Part shown: positions 26,713 to 33,865 of the stretch, piece after piece
Numbering within the stretch: position 1 is the first letter of the stretch
Layout: the number at the start of each line of letters is the position of its first letter
DNA from: Bradyrhizobium sp.
GTDB taxonomy: Bacteria > Pseudomonadota > Alphaproteobacteria > Rhizobiales > Xanthobacteraceae
Length of the DNA stretch: 33,865 nucleotides
Reading direction: 5' to 3'
Assembly: GCA_013695565.1 (NCBI GenBank)
Contig: JACDAG010000258.1
Coordinates: forward strand, 1 to 33,865
The notes under the pieces: model-generated
The model's database searches: none
What the model was told of the DNA's origin: nothing
What the model saw: the letters and a program-made list of their open reading frames with translations, nothing else
Program-made: the position numbers and the translations under genes

Positions 26713-26737
26713 AATTCCAAGGGGGAACTTTGGTTCC
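26713..26737 (-). promoter_or_regulatory. Candidate sigma-EcfG/RpoE2 promoter for the zinc-ribbon gene
   Basis: Minus strand GGAAC-N18-TT, correctly placed ahead of the RBS. Confidence 0.45.
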
Positions 26738-26915
26738 ACTCCATTGGCCCCATCTGGCCGATTTAGTTCAGGACCGCGTCGCAATCGTGAATTAGCCGGG
26801 GGGCATGCACACGGCGGACGATCCTGTTGAAGCCGACCGGCGCAACGCGTGAGCCAGCACGCGTGATGTTGTGCCGCGGCAGGGTGAATTACGGTCGTGC
26901 TCGCGGCGCTCTGCC

Positions 26916-27305
26916 CTACGAGCTTTCTCCCGTTCGCTCGCCAAGATGCGCACGGGACGGTCCTGGCTCGAACCGGTCGGCGAAATATTGCGTTTCGTTG
27001 GCCACCAGCCCGTCGCGGAATTCCATAATGCTCACCACGTATGATGGGATGCCGTCATAGGTCAGCACGAATTCGGTGATCCAGAGTTCGCCGCTGCCGA
27101 TCATGCGCCGGACCGTAAAACGCCTCTCGTTCGGCTGGACGGTCCGGCTCTCCTGAATGTTGCGCCGGCCGCGGATCCGCTCGCCGGATTGCGGATAATC
27201 AAGCACGGCATCCTCGCGGTAGATTTCATGCTCGACCTCGAAATCGCTCGCGTCCGATGCGTCCCAATGGCGCTGCAGCGCTGCCCGCTCGGTTCGATCA
27301 TCCAT
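26916..27305 (-). CDS. SnoaL-like/NTF2 family protein
   Basis: IYREDAVLDYPQSGERIRGR...VSIMEFRDGLVANETQYF; GGGAGA RBS before ATG 27305. Confidence 0.88.
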   Translation of the reverse strand: MDDRTERAALQRHWDASDASDFEVEHEIYREDAVLDYPQSGERIRGRRNIQESRTVQPNERRFTVRRMIGSGELWITEFVLTYDGIPSYVVSIMEFRDGLVANETQYFADRFEPGPSRAHLGERTGESS

Positions 27306-27428
27306 CTCGATCTCCCGCCGATGCGACCATTTCACGCGAACGTTTGAAGCAAACACATACTTCAGGTTACTATTGATCGCGTCGGATGTAGTCTCAATTT
27401 CATTGAGCCCTCCTTCGAAAGCCTCACC

Positions 27429-28709
27429 ATGCCCCATCCCGCCCGCTTCCCCCTTGCCTGTATCGCTGCCTGCACGCTCGCCTTGTCGGCCTTGCCGTCG
27501 CGGGCGGCGCCGGTGGCCAACATCCACGAGCTGGCGCAGCAGGAGAAAGCGCCGCTGCTCGACACGCTGCGCGAACTCGTCAACATCGAATCCGGCAGCA
27601 AGGATGCTGAGGGCCTGGCTCGCCTCGCGGCGTTGATCGCCGAACGGCTGACGAAGCTCGGCGGTAAGGTCGCGATCATCGAGCCTTCCGACGTCTACCG
27701 GATGGACGACACGCCGGAAAAGCCGGGCGCCATGGTGCACGCCGAGTTCAAGGGAACCGGCACCAGGAAGATCATGCTGATCGCCCACATGGACACAGTG
27801 TATCTGCGCGGCATGCTGAAGGATCAGCCGTTCCGCATCGACGGCGAGCGCGCCTATGGGCTCGGTATCGCCGACGACAAGCAGGGCATCGCCGTGATCC
27901 TGCAAGCGGTGGCGCTGCTGCAGAAACTAAAATTCCAAGATTACGGCACGCTGACGGTGCTGATCAACGGCGACGAGGAGATCAGCTCACCGGGCTCGCG
28001 CAGCGCGATCACGCGCATGGCGGGCGAACAGGACGCCGTGCTCTCCTATGAAGGCGGCGGAATGGATGGCAGCCTGCGCCTGGCCACCAGCGGGATTGGC
28101 GCGGCGTACCTGACGGTGGATGGCAAGGCCTCGCACGCCGGCAGCGCGCCGGACAAGGGCGTCAACGCGCTCTACGAGCTTTCCCATCAATTGCTGCAAT
28201 TGAGCGACCTGTCGCGGCGCGAACAGGGCCTGAGCCTGAACTGGACGGTGTCGCAGGCCGGTACCAACCGCAACGTGATCCCGGCGCAGGCCACCGCGCA
28301 GGGCGACGCAAGGGCGCTGAAGGTATCTGAGTTCATCGAGCTGGAGGCCACCCTGCAGCAACGCATCAAGACGCAACGGATCGCCGACGCCAAGGTTCAG
28401 CTCCGGTTCGAGGTGCGCCGCCCACCGCTGGAAGCTTCGTCCGCCTCGCGCCGCCTGGCGGCCCACGGCGTTGCGATCTACGAGGAACTGGGGGTGCCAA
28501 TGAAAGTGCTCGACGTCGCCACCGGCGGCGGCACCGATGCTGCGTTCGCCGCACTGAAGACCAACGCCGCCGTCATCGAGAGCTTTGGTCTTAGCGGCTT
28601 CGGCGCCCACTCCAACGACGCCGAATACGTCAAGCTGGAGACCATCGTGCCGCGGCTTTATCTGTCCGCGCGCATGATCATGGATCTGTCGCAGGACAAG
28701 GTGAAATGA
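27429..28709 (+). CDS. Secreted M20 metallopeptidase, glutamate carboxypeptidase (carboxypeptidase G2-like)
   Basis: Signal peptide; HMDTVY, GIADDK, DEE, SYE, SHAG, GGGTDA, AHS..EY. Confidence 0.9.
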   Translation: MPHPARFPLACIAACTLALSALPSRAAPVANIHELAQQEKAPLLDTLRELVNIESGSKDAEGLARLAALIAERLTKLGGKVAIIEPSDVYRMDDTPEKPGAMVHAEFKGTGTRKIMLIAHMDTVYLRGMLKDQPFRIDGERAYGLGIADDKQGIAVILQAVALLQKLKFQDYGTLTVLINGDEEISSPGSRSAITRMAGEQDAVLSYEGGGMDGSLRLATSGIGAAYLTVDGKASHAGSAPDKGVNALYELSHQLLQLSDLSRREQGLSLNWTVSQAGTNRNVIPAQATAQGDARALKVSEFIELEATLQQRIKTQRIADAKVQLRFEVRRPPLEASSASRRLAAHGVAIYEELGVPMKVLDVATGGGTDAAFAALKTNAAVIESFGLSGFGAHSNDAEYVKLETIVPRLYLSARMIMDLSQDKVK

Positions 28710-28921
28710 AGCCGGTGCAGCGGTGGTTGCACGAATGGAACCGCTTTGACCGGCACGGGTTCCCAAAATAATAAGGCCGCTGAGTGATGTCAGCGGCCTC
28801 GCTCAAATTTGCAAGTGATGAAAACCTGCCCCGGGCATTCGATAGCGTAGGGCCGGACGATTGTGGATTCCGGGCAAATACGGGGAGCCGTAATCCGCGA
28901 GAACCGGCAGGGCGGATTGCT

Positions 28922-29067
28922 CGTCATTGCCTCCGACAAACGCGAAGCGTTTGCGCAAGGGAGCGAAGCGACGAAGCAATCCACGATCGCCCGAACGCAA
29001 GCATGGATTGCTTCGCGGAGCCTGTCATCGGGCGCGCGTTCGCGCGACCCGTTGGCTCGCAATGACG
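28922..29067. repeat. REP-like element, family A, long composite variant
   Basis: CGTCATTGC...GCAATGACG with two internal inserts. Confidence 0.9.
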
Positions 29068-29077
29068 GATGAAGGGT

Positions 29078-29815
29078 TTAGCCGCGCTTGCCGCCAACCG
29101 AGATGAAGGCCATCAGACAAGGCTCCGGCAACGGATTGCGCCAGCAATGCCTTGTGCCGTTCTGCACGATGCAGTCGCCCTGTCGCAGATGAACCTTTTG
29201 TCCGTCGTCCAGTTCGAGCGTCATCTCGCCCCGAACCACGACGCCGTAATCGATGGTACCGGACGTGTGCATGCCGGGCGCGCCGCGCTCGAAATGGTCG
29301 CCCATGCCGGGGACCTTGTCCGACATTTCCTGCAACGCACTTTCGAACGTGACTCCGGCCGGCGGCTTGTAGCCTTCGGGCCGCTTCGGCGGATAGGAGA
29401 TCAGGCGAAACATCGTGCCGCCGGGGCCGGGAAAGGCTTTGGTGCCCTTGAGCATCGGGTCCGGCTCCAGGCCGGTGAGCTGCGGCACACCCTCGGTCAT
29501 GTAGAGTTCGTAGAACGTCAGGCCTGGATTGGAGTCGATCTCCACCACCTTGGACGTGACATCAAACGACTTGAACACCGACTTGCCGGCTTCATTGCGA
29601 CCGGTCAGCGCCCGCTTGGGCGGCGGCAGTTCGCTCGAATCTTTCGCTGCGGCGGGTTGCGGCATCACAGCCAGGGCGCCGCTGCCGGCGATCGCGGAAA
29701 AGGCCTGCAGCAACTGGCGCCGATCAGCGCCGTCAAATGTCTCCGACGAGGGCTTCGCCTCATCCGCTGATTTGTCGCTGCGTCGCGACCACCAGCGCCA
29801 AGAAAGCCTGCTCAT
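29078..29815 (-). CDS. Cupin domain protein with putative twin-arginine signal
   Basis: DRRQLL, a hydrophobic stretch and AAA-K; cupin motif GMHTSGTIDY...GDCIVQNGTRHCWRN; GGAGGA RBS before ATG 29815. Confidence 0.85.
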   Translation of the reverse strand: MSRLSWRWWSRRSDKSADEAKPSSETFDGADRRQLLQAFSAIAGSGALAVMPQPAAAKDSSELPPPKRALTGRNEAGKSVFKSFDVTSKVVEIDSNPGLTFYELYMTEGVPQLTGLEPDPMLKGTKAFPGPGGTMFRLISYPPKRPEGYKPPAGVTFESALQEMSDKVPGMGDHFERGAPGMHTSGTIDYGVVVRGEMTLELDDGQKVHLRQGDCIVQNGTRHCWRNPLPEPCLMAFISVGGKRG

Positions 29816-29931
29816 CCTGTCCTCCGCGGTTTTGATTCTTTGCCCCCTTCGCAGGCGGCGCCTCAATCCATTTCGTCGAGGTCAGATCAGTGTGCCGGAG
29901 GAGCGAGGCCCGGGGAACTAGACCTTAGGCG

Positions 29932-30564
29932 TCACCGCAATTCGGCATCGGCCAGAATTTTCACACCGAGCGCGGCGATGGCCCCGGCGGCCAGCCGGTC
30001 AATCCATATCTTGCCGCGCGTGTAAGCCTGGCGAGCCTTGCCGGTCGAAAATGCGATTGCCACAAGGACGTACCAGGCGAACTCGATGGCAAACACCGTG
30101 AGAGCCAGCACCGCGACCATCGACAGGGAGGGCACTTTGGGAAGGACTGCGGAAAACACGCTGGCGTAGACGATCGCGGCCTTGGGGTTGCTGAGCTGCG
30201 TGCCCAGACCGAGCAGCAAGGCCTGTCGCCAAGAGTCCTGACGGACCACCTCATGGCCTGCCGTCTCCAGAGCGTCAGGCGCGGACTTCCAAAGCCTGTA
30301 GGCGATGAAGAGCAGGTAAGCCGCCCCCGCGAGTTGCAATGCCTTGTAGATGGCCGGCACCGTCGCCAGCAGCAGTTGCAGCCCGAGCGAAGCGGCCAGT
30401 GCAAACGCGGCACCACCGATCCCCATGCCGAGCGCGGCCCATACGCCCCGGGCACTTGAGCTTGCAATGGCGGTCCGGGCCACGATCAAAAAGCTCGGCC
30501 CCGGACTCATGGCGCCCAGCAGAATGGCAACCGAAACGGCAATCAGCGCTGTGAGGCTATCCAT
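29932..30564 (-). CDS. LysE/RhtC family amino-acid exporter
   Basis: MSPGPSF, GAAYLLFIA, NPKAAIVYASVF, IDRLA. Confidence 0.92.
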   Translation of the reverse strand: MDSLTALIAVSVAILLGAMSPGPSFLIVARTAIASSSARGVWAALGMGIGGAAFALAASLGLQLLLATVPAIYKALQLAGAAYLLFIAYRLWKSAPDALETAGHEVVRQDSWRQALLLGLGTQLSNPKAAIVYASVFSAVLPKVPSLSMVAVLALTVFAIEFAWYVLVAIAFSTGKARQAYTRGKIWIDRLAAGAIAALGVKILADAELR

Positions 30565-30739
30565 GGACTCTCTCCAAGCCCATCATCTAATCATGGCCTT
30601 GCCGAACAAGTCGAGCAGGATGCAGACCATTTTGAATGCGGGGGGTTCCCGCCCCATTCCAACGCGCATTTGCGCGGTAACATCTGCGCAAGGTCGCCCG
30701 ATCAAGAGGCGTCCCGGGAGGAAGAACGGCGATACCGAA

Positions 30740-32479
30740 TCACCGGTGCATCCCGTGCTGCATCGCCAGCAGCAGGATCACCGCCAGCGCCAGCACGACC
30801 GTGGTCGATTTCCAGAACAGCAGCGGGTTGCGTTCGATCAGCGGCGTGGATGAATTGCTGACGTAATTGGCGTTGGGATGACGCAAATCGTGCAGGAATT
30901 CCGACAGGCTGTCATACCGCTTGTAGGGGTTCGGATGCACCGCGCGCTCCAGCGTGCCGTCGACCCATACCGGAATCTCGCGGTCGCGGTGCGAGGCCGG
31001 GCGGTAGAGCAGCTTGTTGAACTGCGACCGCGTCCGCGCCTTCGCGACCGCGGCGCCGTAGGGCAGCTCTCCCGTCAGCATGTGATAGGTGATGACCCCG
31101 AGCGAGAACAGGTCGGAGCGCGAAGAGACCGGCTCGCCCAAAAAATATTCCGGCGCGGTGTACTGCGCGGTGCCGAGAATGTCGTTGCGATTGCCGGATG
31201 GCGCGGCTTCGATGACGCCGGTGATCTTGGTCGAGCCGAAATCGATGATCTTCACGGTTCCGGTGGCGTCGATCATGATGTTGTCGGGCCGGACGTCCTG
31301 ATGCAGCATCTCCTTGCGATGAAACGCGCGCAGCCCCTTGGCGATCTGTTCGACGATGCCGCGCACCGTTTCCAGCGTCGGCCGCGGGTTGTCGATCATC
31401 CATTGCGTCAGCGTCTGGCCGTCGATGTATTCGGTCACGACGTAAAGGAAATTTCGCTTGCGCGACGGCAGGCAGGGCTTGAGCACATGCGGGCTGTCGA
31501 TCCGCCGCGCCACCCACTCCTCCATCATGAACCGCTTCAGATATTCCGGGTCGTCGCGCAGGTCGATCGACGGAATCTTGAGGGTGACGACCTCCTCGCT
31601 CTCGATGTCGACGGCGAGATAAATGTGGCTGCGGCTCGAGCCGTGCAGTTCGCGAACGATGCGATAGCCATCGAACAGCTGGCGCGCTTCGAGTAGCGGC
31701 GGCAGCGGCAGTTCGCGCGGCTGCCCGAACACTTCGCTGGCACCGCTCTCGGGCAGTTCCTCGACCCGAACGATCTGGATGGTGAGATTGTCCTTGCTGC
31801 CGAGCTCGAAGGCCAGTTCGACGACAGCCTTCGCCGCACTGTCGAGATCATCGGCATTGTCCCGGATGGTACGCGCGATATGGCGATCGGCGACATGCTC
31901 GTAGATGCCGTCGGTGACCAGCACGAAGGTGTCGCCATTCTCGACCCTGGACATCACATAGTCGATCTCGACCTGCGGATTGACCCCAAGCGCGCGGCCG
32001 AGATAGCTCTGCTCCGACGAGATGACGACGCGATGGTCGTTGGTCAGCTGCTCCAGCGAATTGCCGGAAACCCGATAGATCCGGCTGTCGCCAACGTGAA
32101 ACAGATGCGCCGTGGTCGATTTCAGGACGATGGCGCTCAGCGTGCAGACGTAGCCGCGATCCCTGTCATAGGAATACTGGCTTCTTCGCGTTTGCGAGTG
32201 CAGCCAGGAATTGGTCGCCTCCAGCACGCGCTGCGCCGAGGTCCGCACCGACCAGGATTCCGAGGTACAGTAATAGTCGGTCAGGAAGCCCTTGACCGCG
32301 GACTCGGCAGCGACCCGGCTGACATTGCTGCTGGAGATGCCGTCCGCCAGTACGATGGCGATGCCCTTGAGGCTCAACAGCGGCTCGGTCGGAATCAGGA
32401 CGCCGTGAAAATCCTGATTGGTCTCCTTGCGACCTTTGTCAGAATATTGCCCGACCGATATTTTCAGTTCACGCGGCAT
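30740..32479 (-). CDS. Bifunctional PP2C phosphatase / Hanks-type Ser/Thr kinase with C-terminal TM helix
   Basis: PP2C motifs NQD, ADG, HVGDSR, TDG, KDN; kinase motifs LKIP, HQDVRPDN, DFG, APE; C-terminal TVVLALAVILLLAM. Confidence 0.92.
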   Translation of the reverse strand: MPRELKISVGQYSDKGRKETNQDFHGVLIPTEPLLSLKGIAIVLADGISSSNVSRVAAESAVKGFLTDYYCTSESWSVRTSAQRVLEATNSWLHSQTRRSQYSYDRDRGYVCTLSAIVLKSTTAHLFHVGDSRIYRVSGNSLEQLTNDHRVVISSEQSYLGRALGVNPQVEIDYVMSRVENGDTFVLVTDGIYEHVADRHIARTIRDNADDLDSAAKAVVELAFELGSKDNLTIQIVRVEELPESGASEVFGQPRELPLPPLLEARQLFDGYRIVRELHGSSRSHIYLAVDIESEEVVTLKIPSIDLRDDPEYLKRFMMEEWVARRIDSPHVLKPCLPSRKRNFLYVVTEYIDGQTLTQWMIDNPRPTLETVRGIVEQIAKGLRAFHRKEMLHQDVRPDNIMIDATGTVKIIDFGSTKITGVIEAAPSGNRNDILGTAQYTAPEYFLGEPVSSRSDLFSLGVITYHMLTGELPYGAAVAKARTRSQFNKLLYRPASHRDREIPVWVDGTLERAVHPNPYKRYDSLSEFLHDLRHPNANYVSNSSTPLIERNPLLFWKSTTVVLALAVILLLAMQHGMHR

Positions 32480-32536
32480 CTGTCCCGTCAAAAGGAAATG
32501 GGGGTCTCAAACCCTGAGCATAACAGGAGTTGAGAC

Positions 32537-32574
32537 CCATAGCGCGTCGAAGACGCGCGTGAACGCGCTGATGG
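32537..32574. repeat. Short palindromic intergenic element (AGCGCGTCGAAGACGCGCGTGAACGCGCT)
   Basis: Nested hairpin between the channel and kinase genes; resembles a Bradyrhizobium repeat module (from recollection). Confidence 0.55.
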
Positions 32575-32583
32575 CCGATGCGG

Positions 32584-33396
32584 TCAACCCACCGCGCGTT
32601 TCGGCGCCGTCTTGATGTGGGTGGCGTACAGCGTCAGGCCGGTGAATGCGAGACCGCCGACGAGATTGCCGACCACGGTCGGGATCTCGTTCCAGAGCAG
32701 ATAATCCATGACCGTGAAATGGCCGCCCAGCAACAGGCCCGACGGGAACAGGAACATGTTCACGATGGAATGCTCGAAGGTCATGTAGAAGAACAGCATG
32801 ATCGGCATCCACATCGCGATCACCTTGCCGCTGACCGTGGTCGAGATCATCGCACCGACGACGCCGGCCGAGACCATCCAGTTGCAGAGCATGCCGCGAA
32901 CGAACAGGGTGAGCATGCCGCCAAAGCCATGCGAGGCGTAACCGACCGTGCGGCTTTCGCCGATGGTGCCGATGACCTGGCCGACCTTGTCGGGAGGCGA
33001 CGTGAAGCCGAAGGTGAAGACGATCGCCATCATCACAGCGACCGTGAAGGCGCCGGCGAAATTGCCGACGAACACCAGGCTCCAGTTGCGCAGCACGCCG
33101 CCGATGGTCACACCCGGACGCTTGTCGATCAGGGCCAGCGGACACAACACGAACACACCGGTCAAAAGGTCGAAGCCGAACAGATAGAGCATACAGAAGC
33201 CGACCGGAAACAGCGCCGCGCCGACGATCGACACGCCGGTGTTGACGTTGATGGTAACGGCAAACGCTGCAGCGAGCGCCAGGATCGCGCCGGCCATATA
33301 GGCGCGGATGATGGTGTCGCGCGTCGACATGAAGATTTTGGACTCTCCGGCGTCGACCATCTTGGTCACGAATTCCGAAGGCACGAGATAGGCCAT
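32584..33396 (-). CDS. Formate/nitrite transporter (FNT) family channel, NirC-like
   Basis: ALFPVGF, DLLTG, GNFAG, GMLCNWMV, FEHSIVNM, GNLVGG; AAGGGGA RBS before ATG 33396. Confidence 0.92.
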   Translation of the reverse strand: MAYLVPSEFVTKMVDAGESKIFMSTRDTIIRAYMAGAILALAAAFAVTINVNTGVSIVGAALFPVGFCMLYLFGFDLLTGVFVLCPLALIDKRPGVTIGGVLRNWSLVFVGNFAGAFTVAVMMAIVFTFGFTSPPDKVGQVIGTIGESRTVGYASHGFGGMLTLFVRGMLCNWMVSAGVVGAMISTTVSGKVIAMWMPIMLFFYMTFEHSIVNMFLFPSGLLLGGHFTVMDYLLWNEIPTVVGNLVGGLAFTGLTLYATHIKTAPKRAVG

Positions 33397-33646
33397 TCCA
33401 GTTCCCCTTATTTTCGCAAAAATCAAAAAGCGCCAGCCGTTGAATCGCCCGCGCCGACGTCCGAGAGCCGCAGGCCGTCCTCGCGTGCGCGCGTCCCACG
33501 CCATCAACGGAAGCCACACGCTTCCATCGGGCGCCGCGGGTCACACGGTCACGCTTGATCAGAAACAGAGATGCACAAGGTTTTTTGGAGTGGTCCCGAT
33601 GACTGCTCCAAACGCCTCATTGAGGTCGCTTGATCCCTGCGCCGTG

Positions 33647-33694
33647 GCCAACACTGGCTTTGGCAATCCGTAGGACGGCAGTCGTCATTGACTG
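33647..33694 (-). promoter_or_regulatory. Candidate ANTAR (NasT-type) leader hairpins
   Basis: Minus strand CAGTC-AATGAC-GACTG (33679-33694) and GCC-AGTGTT-GGC (33647-33658); both have hexaloops with A1 and G4. Confidence 0.55.
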
Positions 33695-33705
33695 AGATGC
33701 ATTTA

Positions 33706-33721
33706 AGCAATCGATGTGCCA
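33706..33721 (-). promoter_or_regulatory. Sigma54 promoter for the FNT-kinase operon
   Basis: Minus strand TGGCACATCGATTGCT (TGGCAC-N5-TTGCT). Confidence 0.8.
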
Positions 33722-33807
33722 ACAGGGCTCAGCCGCGAAAAACCGGAAAAGCTCCGTGATTTTACCGGGTTAAACGTTCCGGACTGCATCAAAAGGGATG
33801 GAATGCA

Positions 33808-33843
33808 TGCCTTGTATTTGTGCAGTTGCACAGATGTAGCGCA
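33808..33843. promoter_or_regulatory. Two candidate NtrC enhancer sites
   Basis: 17-bp TGC-N11-GCA boxes TGCCTTGTATTTGTGCA (33808-33824) and TGCACAGATGTAGCGCA (33827-33843), about 90-120 bp upstream of the sigma54 site. Confidence 0.55.
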
Positions 33844-33865
33844 TGGCACAGATAGCGGGGTAACG

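Noticed and set aside
28737-28763. GGAAC-N18-TT EcfG-like motif on both strands
   Set aside because: It is a GGAACC/GGTTCC inverted repeat after the carboxypeptidase stop, with no gene to drive in either direction.
3132-29067. Repeated palindromes as a possible CRISPR array or attC cassette array
   Set aside because: Dispersed between ordinary genes with no regular spacers and no cas or integrase gene; they fit REP-like elements.
28784-29072. Several 65-93 aa ORFs over the REP element (similar ones at 23915-24136 and 9595-9846)
   Set aside because: Translations of palindromic repeats (e.g. MDCFA, EAIH); typical spurious ORFs.
33844-33859. TGGCAC as a plus-strand sigma54 promoter
   Set aside because: Lacks a correctly spaced TTGC -12 element.

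Overview
GC-rich chromosomal window whose gene content and intergenic repeat families look like Bradyrhizobium or a close relative (inferred, not verified by search). It holds about 30 genes: the 5' part of ettA, a D-2-hydroxyacid dehydrogenase, a BrnT-like toxin gene broken by an in-frame TAG plus an intact HTH antitoxin, an L,D-transpeptidase, sseA, a rhodanese, a VWA protein divergent from a MoxR ATPase, a Baeyer-Villiger monooxygenase, a vanA-vanR-vanB cluster, a GMC oxidoreductase, a GNAT, an SMP-30 lactonase, an orphan two-cupin protein, an AraC/GyrI regulator, a divergent GST/phaZ pair, a lower-GC block (LysE, PAS-HWE kinase, three microproteins, SnoaL, carboxypeptidase G2-like), a Tat-like cupin, a second LysE, and a formate/nitrite channel followed by a PP2C-Ser/Thr kinase fusion. 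About ten REP-like palindromic elements lie between genes. I found no rRNA, tRNA, CRISPR array, integrase or transposase. No new system is proven by sequence alone. The best leads are: (1) NtrC-like sites, a sigma54 promoter and ANTAR-type leader hairpins upstream of the channel plus phosphatase-kinase pair; (2) back-to-back sigma54 promoters for GST and phaZ; (3) an orphan bicupin with a FixK/FNR-like box; (4) an HWE-kinase and microprotein block with EcfG-like promoters, bracketed by a perfect 61-bp inverted repeat; (5) the decayed BrnT-HTH toxin-antitoxin module.
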